From Nanobdellota archaeon (GTDB taxonomy: Archaea; Nanobdellota; Nanobdellia; Pacearchaeales; GW2011-AR1): DNA of 57,486 nucleotides. A program made the translations under genes and the position numbers. Where the stretch lies: positions 1 through 57,486 of the forward strand of contig JBBSXA010000030.1 in the NCBI GenBank assembly GCA_038045985.1, given 5' to 3'. How positions within the stretch are numbered: the first letter of the stretch is position 1; each line of letters opens with the position of its first letter. Positions 34,925-43,941 of this stretch are shown piece by piece. The notes beneath the pieces were generated by a model. The model did no database searches. It saw only the letters and a list, made by a program, of their open reading frames with translations, and was not told the origin of the DNA.

Positions 34925-35354
34925 AATCGAAGAATTAATCAGCAAGAATTCTTTAAGAAGGAGAGAAATTGACTTTGAGAGAGTTAAATCTCTCTTAAAA
35001 TCTGCAGAAGTTACAGTAAAGGTAGTAAAAAATATTTCTTTGAATGATGAAACCGCAACAACAATTTTTAGAGAGCTTTATGAGGCAATAAGGCAATTAG
35101 GAGAAGCAAAATGGTGGCTTAATGGTTACGAGCCCTACGGATTAGGCAGTCATGGCCTGGCTTTAGACATTCTAAAAGAATTTAATGTTAAAAATAAAGT
35201 AAAACTTAATTATCTTGATAGATTTAAAAAAATACGCCACGATGCTAATTATAGAGGAATGTTTGTATCTTTTTCTCAAGCTAAAGAACTTATTGAATTT
35301 TGGGATTCTTGCGGAAAAGAGATTTTAGAGTCGATTAAGAAGCTGATGAAATAA
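34911..35354 (+). CDS. HEPN-domain protein (toxin-type partner of MNT)
   Basis: Overlaps the MNT stop by 14 nt. All-helical, with KKIRHDANYRG resembling the HEPN (PF05168-like) signature. Confidence 0.6.
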   Translation: MEKNKIEELISKNSLRRREIDFERVKSLLKSAEVTVKVVKNISLNDETATTIFRELYEAIRQLGEAKWWLNGYEPYGLGSHGLALDILKEFNVKNKVKLNYLDRFKKIRHDANYRGMFVSFSQAKELIEFWDSCGKEILESIKKLMK

Positions 35355-35649
35355 GTTTGGCTCGTTCTTCTAGTCTATTCAATTCTTCGTATAAACCAAA
35401 GACAGTAGTCTTTTCTAACTTGAGGTCTTCTAAACCTAAAGCCCTCATATTTCTCACAGCTTTTGCAGCAATGTAATCTACATCATTATGAAATGCATAA
35501 GCAAAAAATCTTTTTACAAAACTTTTTGATTCATACTGATTGATTATTTCCTCTAAGTCATTTTTTGATAGATCTTCATATTTTTTTATTCTTTCTAGAA
35601 TGTGGCTACAATACAAAATTCTTTCAATTCTAGCTAGTCCTCCGATCAT
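35335..35649 (-). CDS. hypothetical small helical protein
   Basis: ATG ORF; no family recognised. Confidence 0.4.
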   Translation of the reverse strand: MIGGLARIERILYCSHILERIKKYEDLSKNDLEEIINQYESKSFVKRFFAYAFHNDVDYIAAKAVRNMRALGLEDLKLEKTTVFGLYEELNRLEERAKLISSAS

Positions 35650-35691
35650 CTTAGTTTTTCTTCTTCATAAAATTTAACTGCTTTTTCTAAT

Positions 35692-36363
35692 TCATATTCT
35701 ATGTTGTTTATTTTTTTCTATAAATTCGATTATATGCTTTGCATTTTTTGTAAATGAATTTCTATTATTTTTTATACGTTTCCTTAATTTTGGCATTTGT
35801 AAGTATGTAAGAGTTCCACAGACGATGCCAAAACCAAGTGTCCATGGTAAAAAAGATACATTAGGATTTTGGTTTGTTACGAATATCATGTCAAGAGCTT
35901 TTCCAATGAAATACCCTCCTGAAAACTCATATATTGGCCAAGCCTCTGGTTCGTTTAATGAGAGAATAGAATTTATTTTTAACCAATAAGATGATGTAAT
36001 TTCCTCTAATTTTTCAACTTCATTGTTGTACTTTTTTCTTTCTTCTTTATTCCATGGAAATTTAAGTTTAAATTTTGCTTTACTTGTCACTTCATCAAAT
36101 ATCTTTTCTGGGTTTTCTCCTCCAAGAATTCTTCTTAAATAGATATTATTTTCATACTCACTTGTTATCTTTTTGATTTCTTCTTTGGTAGAAGTTATTC
36201 TTGTTTCAATCTTGTAACTTCTTGAATTAAGTCTTTGCATTTGCTCATTATCTATGTTTAATCTTTCTTCAAGATCTTTAAATTCAGAATACAATGTTTT
36301 CATGTGATTGTGGTTGTCATAGATTTTATAAAACTTATCACCCTTGTACAGGGTGTATAACAA
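35692..36363 (-). CDS. hypothetical protein: N-terminal coiled coil, C-terminal 2 TM
   Basis: The ORF has a TTG start at 36363 or an ATG at 36303. Hydrophobic segments FLPWTLGFGIVCGTLTYL. Confidence 0.45.
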   Translation of the reverse strand: MLYTLYKGDKFYKIYDNHNHMKTLYSEFKDLEERLNIDNEQMQRLNSRSYKIETRITSTKEEIKKITSEYENNIYLRRILGGENPEKIFDEVTSKAKFKLKFPWNKEERKKYNNEVEKLEEITSSYWLKINSILSLNEPEAWPIYEFSGGYFIGKALDMIFVTNQNPNVSFLPWTLGFGIVCGTLTYLQMPKLRKRIKNNRNSFTKNAKHIIEFIEKNKQHRI

Positions 36364-36396
36364 TAGGTTTTTATATTATGGATTTCTGTTGTTTTT

Positions 36397-37146
36397 ATGG
36401 ATAAAAATTATCATGAATTGGTTAAAGTAGGATTAACTGATGGAGAAACAAAAGTTTATCTTGCGTTGATTGAATTAGGAAGCTCTACAGTTGGACCTAT
36501 TGTAAAAAGATCTAAGGTTGCTTACTCGAATATTTATGAAATTCTTAATAGATTAATTGAGAAAGGTTTGGTTAGCTTTATTATTAAGGAAAAAACCAAG
36601 CACTTTCAAGCAGCTTCTACATCAAATATTTTGGAATATTTGGATATGAAGGAAAAAGAAATTTTTGAGCATAGAGCGTCTTTAAAGAGGATTTTGCCTG
36701 ATTTGGAAAGATTAAGAGAAAAAGGTGATAAACAAGAAGCAGAGGTTTTTGTGGGGTTAAAAGGATTAAGAAGCGCTTATGAAAAAATGCTTAAAGGATT
36801 AACAAGAAAAGACGAAGCTTTATTTTTTTATCTGCATGATAATGCTTATGCTGATCAATCAGATAATTTTTATAGAAGCATCTGGAATATTACAAGAAAA
36901 GTTAATATGAATGGCATTGCGAATAAATATTATGAAAAGTCTTGGTTTGCAAAGAAATCGAAGAATGTTAATTTTGTTAAGATAAAGTTTGTAAATTATC
37001 CTATTCCTGGAAATATTGATATTGTAAAAGATATGGTTTTTATTGTTTCATGGAAGCCTTCTGTTGTGGGAATTCTTATACATTCCCAAAGTATTGCAGA
37101 TGGAATGAGAAAATATTTTAACGAAGTTTGGAATTCTGTGAAGTAA
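36397..37146 (+). CDS. TrmB-family transcriptional regulator
   Basis: LTDGETKVYLALIELGSSTVGPIVKRSKVAYSNIYEILNRLIEKGLVSFI. Confidence 0.8.
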   Translation: MDKNYHELVKVGLTDGETKVYLALIELGSSTVGPIVKRSKVAYSNIYEILNRLIEKGLVSFIIKEKTKHFQAASTSNILEYLDMKEKEIFEHRASLKRILPDLERLREKGDKQEAEVFVGLKGLRSAYEKMLKGLTRKDEALFFYLHDNAYADQSDNFYRSIWNITRKVNMNGIANKYYEKSWFAKKSKNVNFVKIKFVNYPIPGNIDIVKDMVFIVSWKPSVVGILIHSQSIADGMRKYFNEVWNSVK

Positions 37147-37197
37147 CAAACTTTAAAAACTCTTTTTCAATAAGTTATTCATTATTTGTTTTTTGAG

Positions 37198-37752
37198 ATG
37201 GTTCCGAAAAAAATATTTTTTGTCAAGGGGGTAGGAAGGCATAGAGAGAGGCTTGCAAGTTTTGAAGCTGCCCTGAGAGATGCTGGAATTGAAAAGTACA
37301 ATCTTGTTTATGTTTCTTCTATTTATCCTGCAGGATGCAAAAATATTTCAAAGGAAGAGGGACTGAAGCTTGTACAACCTGGTGAGATTGTTTTCTGCGT
37401 TATGGCAAGGTCTGAAACAAACGAACACAATAGATTGATAGTTTCTTCTATAGGAGTTGCCATTCCAAAAGAAGGAGAACAATATGGATATCTTTCTGAG
37501 CATCATGGCTATGGTGAAACAGAAAAAATAGCAGGAGATTATGCAGAAGACTTGGCTGCAAGCATGTTGGCTACAACTCTAGGTCTTGAGTTTGATCCTG
37601 AAAAAAGCTGGGATGAAAGAGAGCAAGAATACAAAGCGTCAGGAAAAATTTTCAAAACAAAAAATGTTACTCAGTCTGCAGAAGGAAAATCTGGGGTTTG
37701 GACAACTGTTCTTTCAGCTGCTGTTTTGATTGATGATAGTAATGGCAGTTAG
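37198..37752 (+). CDS. pdaD: pyruvoyl-dependent arginine decarboxylase
   Basis: [13 protein letters not shown]...[25 protein letters not shown] (VSS self-cleavage site). Confidence 0.88.
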   Translation: MVPKKIFFVKGVGRHRERLASFEAALRDAGIEKYNLVYVSSIYPAGCKNISKEEGLKLVQPGEIVFCVMARSETNEHNRLIVSSIGVAIPKEGEQYGYLSEHHGYGETEKIAGDYAEDLAASMLATTLGLEFDPEKSWDEREQEYKASGKIFKTKNVTQSAEGKSGVWTTVLSAAVLIDDSNGS

Positions 37753-37786
37753 ATAATTTAATAAATGTTATTTTTCTATCTCTATT

Positions 37787-37846
37787 ATGCAACGCTCATA
37801 CGTTTCAGAAATAAAGGCAGGGAATGATGTTTTACTTAAGGGATGA
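37787..37846 (+). pseudogene. Orphan copy of the aspS 5' end (MQRSYVSEIKAGNDVLLKG*)
   Basis: 55/60 nt identical to 39185-39244 (47/48 over the first 48 nt). The repeat starts exactly at the ATG. Confidence 0.85.
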
Positions 37847-39184
37847 TTAACTATACTATATCATCTTAAAGAAATAGGTTAAACTATACGATATGATAGT
37901 AAAGTTTATAAACTCTGAAATTATGTAATATTCATGGATGTTGAGTCTGAGTTTTACAAGCAAAATCCCTGGTGGGAAGGAAAATTTGAAGAAAAAAGCA
38001 TATCTAGGGATATTTATTTGAATGAGATATTCAGGAATATGAAAAGTAAAGAGATTATATTTTTAACAGGATTAAGAAGAATTGGAAAAACTACTATTTT
38101 AATGCAAATAATAAGGCGACTATTAACCAACACAAAACCTGAAGATGTTCTCTTTATAAGGCTAGACTCTTTTAATTTATTAGAGTATTCAATTCATCAA
38201 TTAGTTGAAGAATACAGGAAAATTCATAAGAAGTCTGTTTTAGATTTTTTTTATTTGTTTTTAGATGAAGTCACCTCTAGGGGTAATTTTGAACAAGAAT
38301 TAAAGAGTTTATATGACAACGAAAATATAAAGGTTATCTGTTCTTCATCAATTGCTACCTTCATGAGGGACAAAAAAGCCAGTCTTACCGGCAGAACAAA
38401 AACAATCGAGGTAATGCCCTTGACTTTCCAGGAATTTTTAAAATTTAAGGGGGCAAAGATAGGCAAAGCAGATAAATCAAAACTAGAAAGCTATTTCAAA
38501 GATTATTTGAAAATTGGTGGAATTCCCCATTATGTCTTGACAGAAGATAGGGCTTATTTAAACGAATTAGTTGAGAGCATTGTCTACAAAGATATAATTG
38601 CATATCATAAAATATCTGGAGAAAAAGCTGTAAAAGAATTATTTGTGCTGTTATGCCAAAGAGTTGGAAAGCCAATGAGCTATAATAAACTTGCAGAATT
38701 ATTAAAGATTTCAGTAGATAGTGTTAAGAGATATGTTGGTTATTTTGAAAAAGCATATTTATTTTATGTGGTTGATAGATATTCTAAATCTGCAAATGAG
38801 AAAGTAACATCCCCCAAAAAAATCTATATTGGTGACGTTGGTATAAAAAATATTATAACTGAATTTAAGGATTTGGGAGCAAGTTATGAAAACCTCGTAT
38901 TCTTAAAAATTAAAAGTAAAAATCCAAATTATTATCTGGAAAATTCAATAGAGATAGATTTTATTACAAAAGATAGCTTAATTGAGGCAAAATATAACCA
39001 AGAGCTTAATGAAAAGCAATTGGAAGCTTTTAACGCTATAAAATCAAAGAATAAGATTATAGCTAATGGATATAAGTTTTTTTTAGACTGATTTTACTTG
39101 ATTAATTTTTTTGCTTTATTTTCTTTCTTTTCCTAGTTTTTCCTAAGCAAATATATTTAAAAAATGTTGTTCTTTAGTGTTTTC
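37847..39184 (+). mobile_element. 1.34 kb insertion carrying only a DUF4143 AAA+ ATPase gene, bounded by the duplicated aspS 5' end
   Basis: Direct repeats at 37787-37846 and 39185-39244; no integrase or transposase lies inside. Confidence 0.6.
37934..39091 (+). CDS. AAA+ ATPase with a C-terminal DUF4143 (PD-(D/E)xK-like) domain, COG1373 type
   Basis: NPWW, LTGLRRIGKTT (Walker A), LFLDEV (Walker B), LTGRT, GGIPHY, and C-terminal EIDFI...LIEAKY. Confidence 0.8.
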   Translation: MDVESEFYKQNPWWEGKFEEKSISRDIYLNEIFRNMKSKEIIFLTGLRRIGKTTILMQIIRRLLTNTKPEDVLFIRLDSFNLLEYSIHQLVEEYRKIHKKSVLDFFYLFLDEVTSRGNFEQELKSLYDNENIKVICSSSIATFMRDKKASLTGRTKTIEVMPLTFQEFLKFKGAKIGKADKSKLESYFKDYLKIGGIPHYVLTEDRAYLNELVESIVYKDIIAYHKISGEKAVKELFVLLCQRVGKPMSYNKLAELLKISVDSVKRYVGYFEKAYLFYVVDRYSKSANEKVTSPKKIYIGDVGIKNIITEFKDLGASYENLVFLKIKSKNPNYYLENSIEIDFITKDSLIEAKYNQELNEKQLEAFNAIKSKNKIIANGYKFFLD

Positions 39185-40477
39185 ATGCAACGCTCATATG
39201 TTTCAGAAATAAAGGCAGGGAATGATGTTTTAATCAAAGGATGGGTTCATGAATTAAGAGTTCTTAGTAAGATGGCTTTTATTCTGCTGAGAGACAGTTC
39301 TGGGATTGTTCAGTGTGTTGTTAAGGATAAAGATGTTTCTAATACGACTTTGGAAAGTGTTGTTGAAATAAGGGGAAAAGCAAAACCTGCCAAAGTTAAG
39401 GCTGAAGGTGTTATAGATGATGTTGAGATTGATGTTTCTGAAATTAATATTTTGAGCAAGGCAGATAAACTGCCTATTCAGGTTAATGAAAAAGCTGTCA
39501 GCTCTGAGTTGTCTAATAGATTGGATTGGAGATCTTTAAGCTTGAGAATACCTCGGTCAAGAGCTATATTCAAAGTTCAGGCTAAAATAGTTGAAGGTAT
39601 GCAAGAATATCTTAATCATAATGGATTTTTGCAGGTTTTTACGCCATGCCTGATGGGGGTTGCTTCAGAATCAGGCAGTGAAGCATTTGAAGTAAAATAT
39701 TTCAATACTAAAGCTTATTTGAGACAGGATCCTCAGCTTCACAGGCAGCTGACTATCTTAGGAGGCATAGAAAAGATTTATGATATTGGGCCTAGCTGGA
39801 GGGCTGAGAATAGCAATACAATAAAGCATTTATGCGAGCATAGGACTTGCGCTGTTGAAATGGCTTTTATAGAATCTGAAAGAGATGTTATGAGAGTTGA
39901 AGAGCAGGTTATTATTTCTGCTTTTGAAAAGGTAAATAAAGAGTGTAGGAAAGAATTGGAGATTTTTGGAATTGAGTTGAAAACTCCTAAAGCACCATTT
40001 CTTGAATTTAATTTCCCAGAAATTTATGATATTTTGAAAAAGTTAGGAAAGAAAATTAAAGAAGGAGAAGATTTAGACTCAGAAGCTGAAAAATTGTTTT
40101 GGGGATATGTGCAAAAAAAGCATCCTGGAACAGAGTTCTATTTTGTAAATAAGTTCCCGTTTAAGGAAAAACCATTTTATGTTTATTGTGATGAAAAAAG
40201 CGAATATGCAAGAAGCACTGATCTTTATTATAAAGGAATGGAGATGTCTTCTGGTGGACAGAGGGAAAATCGCTACGCTAAACTCATTAAAAATGTTGAA
40301 GAGAAAAAAGTGCCTTTAAAGTCTGTTGAGTGGTTCACTAAATTCTTTAAGTACGGAGCTCCAACTCACGGAGGATTTGCTTTGGGAGTAGAAAGAATAA
40401 CAATGATGCTTCTTGGAGTGGAAAACATAAGAGAGGCTGTTTTGTTTCCGAGAGATCCTGGGAGATTGACGCCTTAA
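39185..40477 (+). CDS. aspS: aspartyl-tRNA synthetase, archaeal type
   Basis: Class IIb motifs and C-terminal GGFALGVERITMMLLGVENIREAVLFPRDPGRLTP. The ATG at 39185 matches the duplicated native start. Confidence 0.9.
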   Translation: MQRSYVSEIKAGNDVLIKGWVHELRVLSKMAFILLRDSSGIVQCVVKDKDVSNTTLESVVEIRGKAKPAKVKAEGVIDDVEIDVSEINILSKADKLPIQVNEKAVSSELSNRLDWRSLSLRIPRSRAIFKVQAKIVEGMQEYLNHNGFLQVFTPCLMGVASESGSEAFEVKYFNTKAYLRQDPQLHRQLTILGGIEKIYDIGPSWRAENSNTIKHLCEHRTCAVEMAFIESERDVMRVEEQVIISAFEKVNKECRKELEIFGIELKTPKAPFLEFNFPEIYDILKKLGKKIKEGEDLDSEAEKLFWGYVQKKHPGTEFYFVNKFPFKEKPFYVYCDEKSEYARSTDLYYKGMEMSSGGQRENRYAKLIKNVEEKKVPLKSVEWFTKFFKYGAPTHGGFALGVERITMMLLGVENIREAVLFPRDPGRLTP

Positions 40478-40505
40478 AGAAATTTAGTGGTTGGTTTAGT
40501 ATTGT

Positions 40506-40646
40506 TTAAATATTATTCCATATTTCGTCTTCTTCGTTATCCCATAGTTTTTTTAGAGATATCTCGCTTAATTTTAATATATCTTTGAAATCATCTCTTA
40601 TTTTTTTGGATATTTTCTTATCAGAACTAGTTATCCTTTTTTTCAT
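40506..40646 (-). CDS. tiny ORF (46 aa) between aspS and asnS, antitoxin-like in flavour
   Basis: MKKRITSSDKKISKKIRDDFKDILKLSEISLKKLWDNEEDEIWNNI; below the track cutoff. Support is weak. Confidence 0.25.
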   Translation of the reverse strand: MKKRITSSDKKISKKIRDDFKDILKLSEISLKKLWDNEEDEIWNNI

Positions 40647-40741
40647 TCCCTTTTATTATTTTTAGTTATTTAAGAATTTATGTTAACTTGGGAATTTAGA
40701 CTAACCACTAATTTAATAAATCCCTTTTCTTTTCTCTAGTC

Positions 40742-42037
40742 ATGACAACAAAATTTATATCAATTTCAGAAGCCATGCATAAAAAAAGCGGGAAAGTAGC
40801 TGTGCGGGGATGGGTGTACAGGGAAAGAGGTTCGAACGCTTTGAAGTTCATTGTTCTCAGGGATTCTTCAGATATAATTCAGTGTGTTTTGAAAAAAGAG
40901 AATTTTGAAAAGCAATGGCAGGAGATAGACAAATTGCAGGTTGAAGCTTCTCTTGAAATTGAAGGGACTATAAAAGAAGACAAAAGAGCTCCAACTGGCT
41001 ATGAAATTTCTGTTGAGAAGATAAATATTGTTGGATTAAGTGATTCATTTCCCATAAACAAAGATTTGAATGAAGAGCTTTTGGGAGACAGAAGGCATTT
41101 GTGGATAAGAAGCAGGAAGATGACTGCAATTCTTAAAATAAGAAGCACTGTTATGCAGTCTTTCAGGGATTATTTTAGAGAAAAAGGTTTTTATGAGTTT
41201 CAAAGCCCTATAATAATTCCAGGAGGAGCTGAAGACGGACCTACAATGTTTGAATTGAATTATTTTGGAAAGAAAATGCATCTTTGCCAGACATGGCAGT
41301 TATATGCTGAAGCTGCAATTTATGGTCTTGAAAAAATATATGGAATAGGTCCAACATTCAGAGCTGAAAAATCAAAAACTTCTAGGCATTTGACAGAGTT
41401 CTGGATGGCTGAAATGGAAGTCGCCTGGGCAAATCTTGATGATATAATGGATTATGCTGAAAATATGACTAAGTATATTATAAAAAAAGTTATGGAAAAA
41501 AATAAGAAAGAGTTGGAAATTTTAGAGAGAGATATTAAAAAGCTTGAACCTAGTTTGAAAAAGAAATTTCCTAGAATAACTTATGATGAGGCTTTGAAAG
41601 AATTAAAGAAAAAGAAAATTAGTGTTCCTTGGGGGAAAGATTTGAGAACTATTGAGGAAGAAAAGCTTATGGAAGAGCGCGATACGCCGATTTTTGTCAC
41701 ACACTACCCTAAAGAAGCAATGGCTTTTTACAAACCCAAGGATCCTAAAAATCCAAAAGTGGCTTTATGCTTTGATATGTTGGGACCTGAAGGAAATGGT
41801 GAGTTAATTGGTGGAAGTCAGAGAGATACTGATATTGAAGAATTGAAGAAAGCCTTGAAAGCTAAAGGAGAAAAATTGGAAGATTATAGCTATTATTTTG
41901 ATATTCATTCTTATGGTGTTGTTCCTCATGCTGGTTTTGGCTTAGGTCCAGAGAGGCTGATAAAATGGATTTGCGGTTTAGACACAGTTAAAGATGCTAT
42001 TGCATTTCCCAGGACGATGACACGAATGAAGCCGTAA
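40742..42037 (+). CDS. asnS: asparaginyl-tRNA synthetase
   Basis: GPTFRAEKSKTSRHLTEFWMAEME, GGSQRDTD, HAGFGLGPERLIKWICGL...AIAFPRTMTRMKP. Confidence 0.88.
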   Translation: MTTKFISISEAMHKKSGKVAVRGWVYRERGSNALKFIVLRDSSDIIQCVLKKENFEKQWQEIDKLQVEASLEIEGTIKEDKRAPTGYEISVEKINIVGLSDSFPINKDLNEELLGDRRHLWIRSRKMTAILKIRSTVMQSFRDYFREKGFYEFQSPIIIPGGAEDGPTMFELNYFGKKMHLCQTWQLYAEAAIYGLEKIYGIGPTFRAEKSKTSRHLTEFWMAEMEVAWANLDDIMDYAENMTKYIIKKVMEKNKKELEILERDIKKLEPSLKKKFPRITYDEALKELKKKKISVPWGKDLRTIEEEKLMEERDTPIFVTHYPKEAMAFYKPKDPKNPKVALCFDMLGPEGNGELIGGSQRDTDIEELKKALKAKGEKLEDYSYYFDIHSYGVVPHAGFGLGPERLIKWICGLDTVKDAIAFPRTMTRMKP

Positions 42038-42039
42038 AG

Positions 42040-42801
42040 TTATATTTCTAAGGCTATTTTTATTGCTCTGATGCAATTTTTATTGAATATATTTTTGTGA
42101 GGGGTAAATTTTCCATGTCTCATCATATGTTTTTTTACATGAACTAAGTCTGAAGTCATAAGCATTATTCCTAAAGGAAATTTATGCCCAAGTATTTTTA
42201 CAATAGGATATGTTTCCATTTCAACTACCTCAGTATGGTCTCTCAGTATCTGTGCTAATTTAATTATGATTTCTTCATCTTTGTTTACTGCATTATCTGG
42301 AGTTAGAGCCATGTTTGAAGTTACAACCCTTGATTTTTTTGCTTTTATTTTGCTAAGCAAGAAGTTTTGCAATTTAATTTTTGTTTTGGGGTTTATTTTG
42401 AAATCTTTTTTATGAGATATTCTTGTTTTTTTAAATAATAATTCATTGAATTCTTCAGGAGTATGAATATCTCCTTTTTTGCCGTGAAATCCTCCACAGA
42501 GTCCTAAAAATAAAACTGCATCTGTGTTTTTTATTCTTGTTGCTACCTCATCTGCTGGTGGAGGAATGAGCTCTTTCCATCTTGTAGCAAGATATTTTTT
42601 ATTTAGATAGTAATTTTTGCCTTTTGTTGGCATGTCTGAAAATAAAAATTCCACTTTTGTGTTATTTATTTTTGTTATAAATTTAAAATAAGACACTCTT
42701 TTTATAATGCAACCCAAACTTTTTTCTATTTCATTAAAAACTCTAAAGTATCCTTGGTATAAACCCACACTTCCTCCATAAATTATTGTGAGCTTCTTCA
42801 T
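42040..42801 (-). CDS. hypothetical protein, possibly a nucleoside-phosphorylase (PNP_UDP_1-like) fold
   Basis: LFLGLCGGFHG and VVEMETYPIV resemble family motifs; recognition is weak. Confidence 0.4.
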   Translation of the reverse strand: MKKLTIIYGGSVGLYQGYFRVFNEIEKSLGCIIKRVSYFKFITKINNTKVEFLFSDMPTKGKNYYLNKKYLATRWKELIPPPADEVATRIKNTDAVLFLGLCGGFHGKKGDIHTPEEFNELLFKKTRISHKKDFKINPKTKIKLQNFLLSKIKAKKSRVVTSNMALTPDNAVNKDEEIIIKLAQILRDHTEVVEMETYPIVKILGHKFPLGIMLMTSDLVHVKKHMMRHGKFTPHKNIFNKNCIRAIKIALEI

Positions 42802-42849
42802 AATTCTGCTAAGAGATATCTTTTTATATTCTTTTTGGATTAGATTTTT

Positions 42850-43653
42850 ATGAAAATTCTAGTCATTGGCGATCCACATGGGGCAATTGAAAATGTTAGA
42901 AAAGCTCCTGTGAAAGGTGTTGATTTAATTCTATTAACTGGGGATATTGGAAAAGCTGATTTGGCAAGAAAAAGATATTTTGAAAATATTGAAAGAAAAC
43001 AAAAAGGATTAGATGAATTAGAATATGATGGAAAATTTGCAAAACAGGTTCATCAACAAATTCATAATTCTACGATTGAGATATTAAAATATTTATCAAG
43101 ATACGCACCAGTTTATTCTTTACAGGGAAATGTTGGAATTCCTACACTTTCAGATGTTAAAAAAGATTATAAAAAATATGGAATAAAACTTGCTTCAACA
43201 AGGGAAAAAGTTGATTCTATGAAAAATGTTAATCTGGTAAAAAATAGGGTGAGAATAATTGATGGATTAAGGATTGGGTTTTTAGAATATTTTGTTGATA
43301 CAAATTGGGTTCAGGATTTTAAGCCATCTGATTATAAAAAGAGATTGAAGAAGGCTAAAATGGCTACAGATAAAGCAAGGGACGTTCTGAAAAGATTTGG
43401 CAATCTTGATATTTTAGTTTGTCATCAGCCTCCTTATGGTTATTTAGATAAGGTTAGCGGAAAATTTGGCGCTCCAAAAAGCTGGCAAGGAAAACATGCA
43501 GGCAGTAAGGTAATTTTAGAATATATAAAAAAATATCAACCAAAATATGTTTTTTGCGGTCATATACATGAAGGCAGAGGAAGAGTGAAAATCGGAAAAA
43601 CACAGGTTTACAATATGGGATTTAACGGAGAGCATATAGTTGTAAATATCTGA
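42850..43653 (+). CDS. calcineurin-like metallophosphoesterase
   Basis: VIGDPHG, LTGDIGK, GNVG, VCHQPPYG, GHIHEG. Confidence 0.8.
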   Translation: MKILVIGDPHGAIENVRKAPVKGVDLILLTGDIGKADLARKRYFENIERKQKGLDELEYDGKFAKQVHQQIHNSTIEILKYLSRYAPVYSLQGNVGIPTLSDVKKDYKKYGIKLASTREKVDSMKNVNLVKNRVRIIDGLRIGFLEYFVDTNWVQDFKPSDYKKRLKKAKMATDKARDVLKRFGNLDILVCHQPPYGYLDKVSGKFGAPKSWQGKHAGSKVILEYIKKYQPKYVFCGHIHEGRGRVKIGKTQVYNMGFNGEHIVVNI

Positions 43654-43661
43654 TTAAAAAA

Positions 43662-43685
43662 ATCATCTATGCTTTATCTGATTAG
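43662..43685. repeat. Left direct repeat of the vapBC cassette; on the minus strand it is a ghost of the Zn-ribbon gene end (QIKHR*)
   Basis: atcatctatgctttatctgattag versus 44322-44345 atcacctatgctttatctgaatag (22/24). Confidence 0.75.
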
Positions 43686-43725
43686 AACAGAAACATTTAT
43701 ATATAAATTATAAATTATAATTTAT

Positions 43726-43941
43726 ATGAAGACAATAGCATTAAAGGAAAGAACTTTTGAGATGATTAGGGAGCTTAAAGAGAAAGAAAAAGCAGAGTCT
43801 TTTGACAAATTGATAGCAGAGCTAATCATGCACAAAGAAAAGATTCCTAAATCTATGTTTGGAGCTTTGAAGGGAAAAACAAAAAGCTTTACTAGAAAAG
43901 AGAGGGAAGAAATTATGGGGGATGACAAAAGGTGGCGATAG
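43726..43941 (+). CDS. vapB: VapB-type antitoxin
   Basis: 71-aa charged protein whose ORF overlaps the downstream PIN gene by 10 nt. Confidence 0.6.
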   Translation: MKTIALKERTFEMIRELKEKEKAESFDKLIAELIMHKEKIPKSMFGALKGKTKSFTRKEREEIMGDDKRWR

